Assembly: GCA_963720545.1 (NCBI GenBank)
Contig: OY970399.1
Location: forward strand, 3,683,344-3,747,343
Length of the DNA stretch: 64,000 bases
DNA from: an uncultured Acidobacteriota bacterium
GTDB taxonomy: Bacteria; Acidobacteriota; Vicinamibacteria; Fen-336
Direction: 5' to 3'
The notes under the pieces are model-generated. The model did no database searches. It saw only the letters and a program-made list of their open reading frames with translations, and had not been told where the DNA came from. This document shows, piece by piece, positions 31,198 to 42,638 of this stretch (the first letter of the stretch is position 1; the number at the start of each line of letters is the position of its first letter). A program made the position numbers and the translations under genes.

Positions 31198-32178
31198 ATG
31201 GTGTTTCGGGTTGGGTTGACTGGGGGGATTGCTTCGGGGAAGTCGCGGGTGCTGCAGAGGTTTGCGGCGGCCGGGTTTCAGACGATCGATCTCGATCAGG
31301 TTGCCCATGAGGTGATGGCGCCGGGCGGACCGGCTTATGCCGATGTGGTTTCGACTTTTGGCGAGTCGATACTCGGGGCCGATGAGACGATCGATCGGCG
31401 GCGGCTGGGTGAGATTGTTTTCGCGGATGACGAGGCGCGGCGGAGGCTCAACGGCCTGGTTCATCCGCGCGTGCGCGATGCCGAGGCGCAGCGGATTCAA
31501 GGGATGGGCGATTCGTCGAGCATTGTCGTGACGGATGCGGCGTTGCTCGTTGAATCGGGGATTCATCTTCGCTTCGACCGGTTGGTCGTTGCCTACTGTT
31601 CGCCCGGGGAACAGCTGCGGCGGCTGATGGCCCGGGATCGTATCGATGAAGCTGCTGCTTCTCGACGGATAGCGGCGCAGATGCCGATCGACGACAAAGT
31701 CGGGTTTGCGCATCTTGGCGTCGAGACGAACGGGACGCTCGAGGACACTGACGCCCGCGCTGATCAGGCGGCTGCCCTGCTGAAGGAGCTGTCACTTGTG
31801 CCACGTTCGCCCTTGTCGGTGGAGGAGTCTCGTGCTGCTTCTCTTGCTGCGAAGTTCGGGGTGGATGGGCCGCGCGGGCTGACGGCGCCGGGCGTTGCTG
31901 AGCGAATCGCCGAGGACGGTGGGATGGAGATGGAGGGGTTGGCCGGGCTACTCAATCCGCCGACGAAGCGCCCGTGGTACGAGGCCGCTCGTGACGGCGC
32001 CATACGTGAGCCGGTGGAACCGATACTCGTTCCGGTAGTTCGCTGGGCGCTTGAGCGTTGTGGCCGCGACGAGGACTACATCCGCGGTGCTGCGATTTCG
32101 CTGGCGCGGCTGGTCGCGGCCGATACTGGCGACACCGTTTCTGCCGCGGCGCGCATTGCGGTGCGGCTCGCCGGCTAG
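31198..32178 (+). CDS. coaE: Dephospho-CoA kinase with a C-terminal extension of about 125 aa of unknown function
   Basis: The P-loop 'VGLTGGIASGKS' and 'HPRV..' cover the first ~200 aa. The remaining residues have no recognisable motif. The start is set at the ATG at 31198 inside ORF 31126..32178. Confidence 0.75.
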   Translation: MVFRVGLTGGIASGKSRVLQRFAAAGFQTIDLDQVAHEVMAPGGPAYADVVSTFGESILGADETIDRRRLGEIVFADDEARRRLNGLVHPRVRDAEAQRIQGMGDSSSIVVTDAALLVESGIHLRFDRLVVAYCSPGEQLRRLMARDRIDEAAASRRIAAQMPIDDKVGFAHLGVETNGTLEDTDARADQAAALLKELSLVPRSPLSVEESRAASLAAKFGVDGPRGLTAPGVAERIAEDGGMEMEGLAGLLNPPTKRPWYEAARDGAIREPVEPILVPVVRWALERCGRDEDYIRGAAISLARLVAADTGDTVSAAARIAVRLAG

Positions 32179-33347
32179 TTTTCCCTCGCGACCCGCTCCT
32201 CGGCGAAGGTGCCCCAACGGTGGCACTGCGGACAGCGCCACAGCATCGCGTCGGCGCGGTAGCGGCACGACGAGCACAGGTGCGGGTCGGTGTAGAACGA
32301 CGAGCGCATGGCGGCGATCACCTCGTCCTGCTTGTCCGAGCGCACGCCGAGGAGCCGCAGCGTTTCGAGCAGCGTCACCTGTACCGAGAGCGCCTGGGGG
32401 TTCACTTCGAGCGCGCGCACCAGCAGGCCGTACGCTTCGTCGTGGCGGCCGGCCGCGTTTAGGTGCTGGGCCAGGCTAAGGCGGGCGCGCCAGTCTTGCG
32501 GGTCTCGGGCGATGAGCCGCTCGCAGAGCTCCTCGAGCCTGGTCGGTTCGCCGCTCGCGCGATAGGCCTCGGCGAGGCGCGTGAATGCCAGGTACGCGCG
32601 CTCCGGCATCAGCGTAATCGCCGACTCCAGTGTTTCGACGGCTTTCTTTGCATCGCCTGGCATGGCCAGGTCGGCGATGCCGAGATAGGCGGGGAAGACG
32701 CGGCGGTCGAGCCTCAGCGCGTTGTCGAAGGCTTCGCGCGCCTCGTCCTTTCTGCTGTGGTCGAGGGCTTCGCGGCCCACTTCGGCCTGCAGGTAGCCGA
32801 GCACCAGGTTGTCGTCACTCTTGCGCAGGCGCGAGATGCGCGACTGCACGTCGAAAGCGTCGCGGAAGCGGCGCTGGTCTTCGAGCACGCGCTCCAGCTC
32901 CTCGAGCGCCTGCAGGTCGCGCGGGTCGGTCTCGAGCACTTCCTCGAAGGCCTCTGTCGCACGGTCCAGGAAACCGGCCTTGCGGAAGTCGGATCCGAGG
33001 CAGGCTTGAGCGTAGCGGCGTTCGACCCGCGTGAGATCGATCCGCGCCATCACGCCCTGGTGCACCTGGATCGCCTTTTCCACCTGGCCGGCCTCGCGCA
33101 GCAGGTTGCCGAGGATCAGCTGCACCTCGATCGCGCCGGGGTCCTCACGCGCCACACGGCTCAATTCCGCGATGGCCTTGTCGTTGCGGCCTTCAGCCAG
33201 GGCGTGCAGTCCCAGCTGATAGTGCGGCGAGCCACGGAAGGCAAGACGCGCGCGGCTCTCGCGGCGGGCTGCGGCGCTCCAGGCGCGGCCGGCCAGCAGG
33301 CCGACCGCGGCGGCCAGCACGACGGCGACGAGGGCAGTATCGGCCAA
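32175..33347 (-). CDS. lapB: Lipopolysaccharide assembly protein B (YciM-like): TM, TPR repeats and a rubredoxin-type zinc finger
   Basis: It has an N-terminal TM, multiple TPRs and the C-terminal motif 'CSSCRYRADAMLWRCPQCHRW'. It is the last gene of the kds operon. The start is TTG. Confidence 0.8.
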   Translation of the reverse strand: MADTALVAVVLAAAVGLLAGRAWSAAARRESRARLAFRGSPHYQLGLHALAEGRNDKAIAELSRVAREDPGAIEVQLILGNLLREAGQVEKAIQVHQGVMARIDLTRVERRYAQACLGSDFRKAGFLDRATEAFEEVLETDPRDLQALEELERVLEDQRRFRDAFDVQSRISRLRKSDDNLVLGYLQAEVGREALDHSRKDEAREAFDNALRLDRRVFPAYLGIADLAMPGDAKKAVETLESAITLMPERAYLAFTRLAEAYRASGEPTRLEELCERLIARDPQDWRARLSLAQHLNAAGRHDEAYGLLVRALEVNPQALSVQVTLLETLRLLGVRSDKQDEVIAAMRSSFYTDPHLCSSCRYRADAMLWRCPQCHRWGTFAEERVAREN

Positions 33348-33359
33348 CGGCTCTCGTCC

Positions 33360-33917
33360 CTAGAGCGCCGTGGCGCCGTATGGTGCGATGACGCGCTCCC
33401 AGTCGCCACGCGCCCGGAGTATCGCTTCCACGAACTCGCGAAAGGCGCCGTGGCCGCCGGTGGCATCGGTGACCATGAAGGCCTGGGCGCGGATGTCGAG
33501 CGGCGCGTCCGCGGGCGCCGCGCTGAGGGCCGCGGCGTTCATGCAGGCAGTGTCGACGACGTCGTCGCCCATGTAGGCAACGTTCGTCCACGCGAGGCCG
33601 CGCTCGGCAAGCAACTGGTCCACCCGCGCCTTCTTGTCTTTGATGCCTTGCAGCACGATCTCGATGCCCAGCTCGCGCGCGCGCCGCGCCACGACATCGC
33701 TGCTGCGGCCCGAGATCATGCCCAGCTCGAGCCCGGAAGAAATCGCCAGCTTGGCGGCCAGGCCGTCGCGCGCATGAAAGCCCTTGCTCTCGGCGCCGTC
33801 GGCCGAGAACCACAGCGTGCCGTCGGTGAGCACGCCGTCCACGTCGGTGAGGATGAGCCGCAGGTCGCGGGACCGCACGGCAACCGCCGCCTCCTTCAAA
33901 TGAGCTCCGTCTTCCAC
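33360..33917 (-). CDS. kdsC: KDO 8-phosphate phosphatase (HAD-IIIA)
   Basis: Motifs seen: 'LILTDVDGVLTDG', 'GMISGRSS' and 'AYMGDDVVD'. The operon context supports the call. Confidence 0.8.
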   Translation of the reverse strand: MEDGAHLKEAAVAVRSRDLRLILTDVDGVLTDGTLWFSADGAESKGFHARDGLAAKLAISSGLELGMISGRSSDVVARRARELGIEIVLQGIKDKKARVDQLLAERGLAWTNVAYMGDDVVDTACMNAAALSAAPADAPLDIRAQAFMVTDATGGHGAFREFVEAILRARGDWERVIAPYGATAL

Positions 33918-34855
33918 AGGTCGTGGAGATGGACGAGTCCTTCGACGCGGCGCTCAGCGTCGGCCACGACGACCGACGTGATGCGGCGCTCTTCCATCAC
34001 CGCGAGGGCGGCGGTCGCCATCTCGCGGCGGCGGATCACCACCGGCTCCTTGGTCATGCACTCCTCGGCGGTGGCGGCAAGGAAACGGTCGCCTTGGCCC
34101 TCGACGTGGCGGCGGACGTCGCCATCGGAGATGACGCCAAGCAGCCGGTCGTTGCTATCGACGACAGTGGTCATTCCCATGCGCTTGCGCGTCATCTCGA
34201 AGAGCACGTCGCGCATCGACGTCTGCGGGTTGACCTTTGGCAACTGGTCGCCCGAGTGCATCACGTCCTCGACACGCAGCAGTTTCTTGCCGAGGCGGCC
34301 GCCGGGATGGAGCGTGGCGAAATCGTCCACGGTGAACCCGCGGCGCTCCAGCAGCGACATGGCAAGCGCATCGCCCATGGCGACGGCGGCAGTGGTGGAG
34401 GCTGTCGGCGCCAGGCCCAGCGGGCACGCCTCTTCCGAGATCGAGACATCGATATGGACGTCGGCGACGCCGGCCAGGCCGGACTTGTCATTGCCGCTCA
34501 TGGCGATCAGCGGGCACTCGAGGCGCTTCACCAGCGAAGCGAGCATCACGATCTCCGGCGTGTCGCCGCTGTTCGAGAGTGCCAGCACGGCATCGCCCTT
34601 GACGATGCGGCCGAGGTCGCCGTGCAGTGCCTCGGCCGTGTGCAGGAACAGGGAAGGCGTGCCGGTGGACGCGAGGGTGGCCGAAATCTTCTGCGCGATG
34701 ATGCCGCTCTTGCCGATGCCGGTCACCACCACGCGGCCGGCGCAGTTGAAGAGGATGTCCACGGCGCGGTCGAAGGAAGCGTCGATGCGCGGCACCAGGT
34801 CGGCGATGGCCCTGGCTTCTATCTCGAGGACGCGGCGCGCCGTCTCGCGGGACAT
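33896..34855 (-). CDS. kdsD: Arabinose-5-phosphate isomerase (SIS plus tandem CBS)
   Basis: It has 'GRVVVTGIGKSGIIAQKISATLASTGTPS' and 'ALSNSGDTPE', plus C-terminal CBS pairs. Confidence 0.85.
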   Translation of the reverse strand: MSRETARRVLEIEARAIADLVPRIDASFDRAVDILFNCAGRVVVTGIGKSGIIAQKISATLASTGTPSLFLHTAEALHGDLGRIVKGDAVLALSNSGDTPEIVMLASLVKRLECPLIAMSGNDKSGLAGVADVHIDVSISEEACPLGLAPTASTTAAVAMGDALAMSLLERRGFTVDDFATLHPGGRLGKKLLRVEDVMHSGDQLPKVNPQTSMRDVLFEMTRKRMGMTTVVDSNDRLLGVISDGDVRRHVEGQGDRFLAATAEECMTKEPVVIRRREMATAALAVMEERRITSVVVADAERRVEGLVHLHDLWKTELI

Positions 34856-34866
34856 TGGGAACGATG

Positions 34867-35687
34867 TTATGCGCGAACCGTGATGGCGTGGATCGCGAGC
34901 AGCCGCTTCAGCAGACGGCTCAGGCCCGAGAGCTTGTACGAGTTGGGGCCGTCGGAAAGCGCGCGAGCCGGGTTCTCGTGCACCTCCATGAAGAGGCCGT
35001 CGATGCCGGCGGCCACCGCCGCGGGCGCCAGGGTATCGATGAAGTTCGAGTCGCCGCCCGAGCGGTCGCCCAGGCCCCCGGGACGCTGCACGCTGTGGGT
35101 CGCGTCGAACACGACGGGGAAGCCGAAGGCACGCAGCACGGGGAACGAGCGCGGATCGACCACCAGGTTGTTGTAGCCGAAGGTGAAGCCGCGCTCGGTG
35201 ACCAGCACGTTCCTGTTACCGGTGGCTGCCGCCTTGTCGAGGATCGGCTTCATGTCCCACGGCGCCATGAACTGGCCCTTCTTGATGTTCACGGGCTTGC
35301 CGGTGCGCGCCGCTTCCACCACCAGGTCGGTCTGCCGGCAGAGGAAGGCCGGGATCTGCAACACATCCGCGACCTGCGCCACGCGCTCGACCTGCTCCAC
35401 CTCGTGCACGTCGGTGACGATCGGCAGGTTGTGCTTCGCCCGCACGCTCGCCAGGATCTCGAGGCCCCGCTCGATGCCGGGGCCGCGGTACGACTTGCCG
35501 CTGCTGCGGTTCGCCTTGTCGTAGCTCGCCTTGAAGATGTAGGGGATGCCCAGCTCGCCGGTGATCTCGGCAATGCGGCCCGCCATGAACGACGGATGCT
35601 TGTCGTTCTCGATGACACACGGCCCGGCCATCAGGAACAGCTTGCCGCCGCCGAAGCGGCGGGCGCCGATGCGGAACTCGCGCTTGC

Positions 35688-35691
<4 letters not shown>
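34867..35691 (-). CDS. kdsA: 3-deoxy-8-phosphooctulonate synthase
   Basis: Motifs seen: 'LFLMAGPCVIE', 'YIFKASYDKANRSS', 'QIPAFLCRQTDL' and 'VFDATHSVQ'. The GTG at 35691 overlaps the pyrG stop (GTGA). The rest of ORF 34867..36516 is out-of-frame pyrG. Confidence 0.9.
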
Positions 35692-38130
<2,439 letters not shown>

Positions 38131-38186
38131 ATCGCGAGTGATGCTAAGTGGGTGGTTCCATTGAAGTCAACTTGTGCGCCGCATCC

Positions 38187-38216
38187 TTGACACCTTCCTC
38201 GACGTCGGCATAGGAT
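38187..38216 (+). promoter_or_regulatory. Candidate sigma70-type promoter upstream of pilB
   Basis: TTGACA (38187-38192), an 18-nt spacer and TAGGAT (38211-38216), in the kdsB/pilB divergent spacer. Confidence 0.4.
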
Positions 38217-38265
38217 TTGCCCCGTAACTATTGAAAAAGGCGACATTTTTAATGGTCTGGCCGGC

Positions 38266-40163
38266 GTGCCCATAAAAATCGGCGAGCTGCTGCTCAAGGA
38301 AAACCTCGTCAACCAAACCCAGCTCCAGGAAGCCCTCAGCCAGCAGAAGTCCTCCGGGGCGAAGCTGGGGCGCGTCCTGGTGACCATGGGCTTCGTCCGG
38401 GACGACGAGATCACCAGCCTGCTGTCCCGCCAGTACGGGGTGCCCTCGATCAACCTCGAGCACTTCGAGGTCGACGCCGGCGTCATCAAGATGATTCCCG
38501 CCGGAGACGGCGCGCAAGTACCAGATCCTGCCGCTGTCGCCGTTCGGGCGCAACGCTCACAATCGCCATGGCCGACCCCACGAACGTGTTCGCCATGGAC
38601 GACATCAAGTTCATGACCGGCTACAACGTCGAGCCGGTAGTGGCATCGGAGACGCTCGCTCGACGAGGCGATCGAGAAGCTACTACGGCAGTCAACCGCG
38701 GTCCTGCAGCTGCGAGACGGCGCGCGTGGCGAGAAGGGGATGGCTCCGTTCTCGCAGACGTTCGGTCCCGGCAGCGCGTTCGGTGGCGGCACCGGCGGCA
38801 TCCCGCTCCTCAAGGAAGTGATCGAGGGGCCGTCGCTGTCGTTCGACGACATGGCCTCGGTCGGCCTGCACGAGGTGGACGTCGACAGCCTCGGCGTCGA
38901 GGAAGGCGAACGTCGAGACGATCAAGCACCGACGACGACGAGATCGACCTCGGCGCAGCTGACGCAAGCTCGTCGGAAGCGGCGCCCGTCATCAAGCTCT
39001 CGAACGTGCTGCTCATCGACGCCTTGAAGCGCGGCGCCTCCGACATCCATATCGAGCCGTACGAGAAGGAGTTCCGCGTCCGCTTCCGCATCGACGGCAT
39101 GCTCTACAACGTCATGGCGCTGCCGATGAAGCTGCAAGCGACCCGCTCACCTCGCGCCTCAAGATCATGGCGAAGCTCGACATCTCCGAGAAGCGCCTGC
39201 CGCAGGACGGCCGCATCAAGATCCGCCTGAAGATCGAGGACCGCAGCCGCGAGATGGACTTCCGCGTCTCGTCCTTGCCCACGCTGTGGGGCGAGAAGAT
39301 CGTCCTGCGGCTGCTCGACAAGACGAAGCTGATGCTCGACATGACCAAGCTCGGCTTCGAGCTGGACTCGCTCGACCGCTTCCAGAAGCGCGATCGCGAA
39401 GCCGTACGGCATCGTGCTGGTCACCGGCCCCACTGGTTCGGGCAAGACCAACACGCTCTACTCGGCGATCGCGCAGCTCAACAAGCCCGACACCAACATC
39501 ATGACCGCCGAGGATCCGGTCGAGTTCAACCTCGCCCGGCATCAACCAGGTGCAGATCAAGGACGCAGATCGGCCTGAACTTCGCGACCGCGCTGCGCTC
39601 GTTCCTGCGCCAGGACCCGAACATCATCCTGGTCGGCGAGATCCGCGACTACGAGACGGCCGAGATCGCGGTCAAGGCCGCGCTGACCGGCCACCTCGTG
39701 CTCTCGACACTGCACACGAACGACGCGCCCTCGACCGTCTCGCGCCTGGTCAACATGGGCATCGAGCCGTTCCTGGTCGGCACAGCCATCAACCTCATCC
39801 AGGCCCAGCGCCTCATCCGCCGCGTCTGCACCAACTGCAAGGAAGAAGTCGACGGACGTGCCCGCGAAGACCCTGATCGAGATCGGCTTCGCGCCCGACG
39901 GCCACCGCCGGCATGAAGCTGTTCCAGGGCCGCGGCTGCCGGACGCTGCAACGGCACCGGCTACAAGGGCCGCGTCGGGCTCTACGAGGTCATGGAGATC
40001 TCCGAGGGCATCCGCGACCTGATCATGGTGGGCGCCACCGCGGTGGAGATCAAGCGGCAAGGCGCTCGAGGAGGGCATGCTCACTCTGCGCATGAGCGGC
40101 CTCGAGAAGATCAAGCACGGCATCACGACGATCGAGGAAGTCCTGCGCGAGACCGTTCTCTAG
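38266..40163 (+). pseudogene. pilB: Type IV pilus assembly ATPase PilB, at least 14 frame breaks
   Basis: The following are scattered over ORFs 38266, 38568, 38740, 39167, 39913, 39992 and unlisted short frames:
- N-terminal 'IGELLLKENLVNQTQLQEAL'
- 'TLTIAMADPTNVFAMDDIKF'
- '[26 protein letters not shown]'
- 'LPQDGRIKI'
- Walker A '[14 protein letters not shown]' (visible only after shifting frame)
- '[15 protein letters not shown]'
- '[14 protein letters not shown]'
- the Zn motif 'CTNCK...GRGC..CNGTGYKGRVGLYEV'

The gene ends at TAG 40161-40163. Confidence 0.9.
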
Positions 40164-40180
40164 GGAGGGTTGGTTCAATA

Positions 40181-41321
40181 GTGAGCGCCAGCACTGCATC
40201 AGCTGCTGAAGACGATGACCGAGATGGGCGGGCACCGACCTCCACGTCACCACCAACTCGCGCGCCGCAGATCCGCGTCGACGGCAAGCTGCGCGCCGCT
40301 CGACCTGCCCGCCGCTGACCGCGTCGACACCAAGCAGCTCGCCTACAGCGTGCTGACCGACGCGCAGAAGCACCGCTTCGAGGAGAACCTCGAGCTCGAC
40401 TTCAGCTTCGGCATCAAGGGCCTGGCGCGCTTCCGCTCCAACGTCTTCATGCAGCGCGGCGCGGTGGCCGCCGTCTACCGCACGATCCCCTACGAGATCC
40501 GCAGCTTCAAGGAGCTGGGCCTGCCGCCGGTGGTTTCGCCAGCATCTGCGACAAGCCGCGCGGCCTGGTGCTGGTGACCGGGCCGACCGGTTCCGGCAAG
40601 TCGACGACACTCGCGGCGATGCTCGACAAGATCAACAGCGAGCGCGCACGAGCACATGATCACGATCGAGGACCCGATCGAGTACCTGCACGGGCACAAG
40701 AAGTGCGTGGTCAACCAGCGCGAGCTGCACGCCGACACGCACTCCTTCGCCAACGCGCTGCGCGCCGCCCTGCGCGAGGACCCCGACGTCGTCCTCATCG
40801 GCGAAATGCGCGACCTGGAGACGATCGAGTCGGCGCTGCGCATCGCCGAGACGGGCCACTTGACCTTCGCGCACGCTGCACACCAACTCGGCGGCCCAGA
40901 CCATCAACCGCATCATCGACGTGTTCCCGGCCCACCAGCAGTCGCAGATCCGCGCCCAGCTGTCGCTGGTGCTCGAAGGCATCATGTGCCAGGCGCTGCT
41001 GCCCAAGGCGAGCGGCAGCGGCCGCGCGCTGGCGATGGAGATCATGGTGCCGAACGCCGGCCATCCGGAACCTGATCCGCGAGGACAAGATCCACCAGAT
41101 CTACTCGTCGATGCAGACCGGCCAGGAGAAGTACGGGATGCAGACGTTCAACCAGTCCCTGGCAACGCTGTTCCACAACAAGCAGATCTCGCTGCAGACG
41201 GCGCTCGGCATGAGCTCGCATGCCCGACGAGCTGCAGGACATGATCAACCGCGGCGCTGGCCTGACGACGGCGCAGGCGGGCCAGACCCGGCCGGCGCAG
41301 CCGCGCGCCGGCGTTCGATAG
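40181..41321 (+). pseudogene. pilT: Type IV pilus retraction ATPase PilT, about 11 frame breaks
   Basis: The following lie in alternating frames (ORFs 40215, 40568, 40656, 40921 and others):
- 'LHQLLKTMTEMG'
- 'DLHVTTNS'
- 'QIRVDGKLR'
- '[20 protein letters not shown]'
- '[24 protein letters not shown]'
- 'ITIEDPIEY'
- '[15 protein letters not shown]'
- 'AETGHLTF'
- '[20 protein letters not shown]'

The gene ends at TAG 41319-41321. Confidence 0.9.
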
Positions 41322-41345
41322 ACAGGTCAGGGAGAGGGGATCGCA

Positions 41346-42565
41346 ATGCCAGCCTTCGTCTGGAAGGGGAAGCCAGGGATGGCCGCTCCGTCGTCGGGCG
41401 AGCGGGTCGGCGGACAACAAGGAGGCCGTGATGGCCCTGCTGCGCCGCGAGCAGATCCTAGTCGTCCTCGGTGAAGGAGAAGGGCAAGGAGTTCGCGATG
41501 CCGAAGCTCGGCGGCGGCGTCACCGCCAAGGACCTCGCGGTCTTCACGCGGCAGTTCTCGGTCATGATCGACGCCGGCCTGCCGCTCGTGCAGTGCCTGG
41601 AGATCCTTGGCGGCCAGCAGGACAACAAGAAATTCGCGACGGTCCTGCAGCAGACGCGCATGCGACGTCGAAGGTGGCGCCACCCTCGCCGACGCGATGC
41701 GCAAGCATCCGAAGGCTCTTCGACGAGCTCTTCATACGAACATGATCGCGGCCGGCGAGGCGGGCGGTATCCTGGACACGATCCTGAAGCGCCTCGCGCA
41801 CCTACATCGAGAAGGCGGTCAAGCTGAAGTCGCAGATCAAGGGCGCGATGGTGTATCCGATCGTGGTCTCGGCATCGCCGCCATCGTGGTCACGATCATC
41901 CTGTGGAAGGTCATCCCGATGTTCGCGGCGATGTTCGAGGGCCTGGGCGCGCAGCTGCCGCTGCCCACCCGCATCGTCATCGCGATGTCCTACTGGATCG
42001 GGACGGCTGCTGTCCCTTCATGGTCCTCCTGGGCATCGTCGGCGACCTTCGCGTTCCGCGCGCTACTACGCCACTCACGGCGGCCGCCGCGTGATCGACC
42101 GCATGGTCCTGCAGCTGCCCGTGATTGGCCAGTTGTCGCAGCAAGATCGCGGTGGCACGGTTCTCCCGAACGCTGTCGACCCTGATTTCGTCGGGCGTGC
42201 CGATCCTCGACGGCCTCGAGATCACCGCCCGTACCGCCGGGCAACGCCATCGTCGAGGATGCCATCATGGTGGTGCGCAAGGCGGTTGAAGGCGGAACCA
42301 CGGTGGCTGTGCCGCTGCGGGAGAGCAAGGTGTTTCCCGACTATGGTGGTGCAGATGGTCGGCGTCGGCGAGCAGACCGGCGCCCTCGACGCGATGCTTG
42401 GCGAAGATCGCCGACTTCTACGAAGACGAAGTCGACCAGACCGTGGCCAACCTGCTGACCCTGATGGAACCGCTCATGATCATGTTCCTTGGCGTCATCA
42501 TCGGCGGCATCGTCATCAGCATGTACTTGCCGCTGTTCGAAATGATCAACAAGCTCTCCGGCTAG
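41346..42565 (+). pseudogene. pilC: Type IV pilus platform protein PilC, about 10 or more frame breaks
   Basis: The following are spread over ORFs 41428, 41471, 41607, 41848, 42267 and others:
- 'MPAFVWKGK'
- '[13 protein letters not shown]'
- 'LAVFTRQFSVMIDAGLPLVQCLEIL'
- 'FDELF / NMIAAGEAGGILDTIL'
- 'MVYPIVV'
- 'IPMFAAMFEGLGAQLPLPTR'
- 'PTMVVQMVGVGEQTGALDAML'
- 'LMEPLMIMFLGVIIGGIVISMYLPLFEMINKLSG'

The gene ends at TAG 42563-42565. Confidence 0.85.
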
Positions 42566-42638
42566 GCCGCTGCTTTCCCGGCCCGTCGGCCTGCCGATCT
42601 CCGCGGATACCCTGTCCGCGGAGCATCGGCTGAAGCAG

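Noticed and set aside
38131-38170. A minus-strand TTGACT-N17-TTAGCA element was considered as the kdsB promoter.
   Set aside because: The -10 is poor, and the predicted start would lie only ~5 nt from the TTG start codon. This is too speculative to list as a feature.
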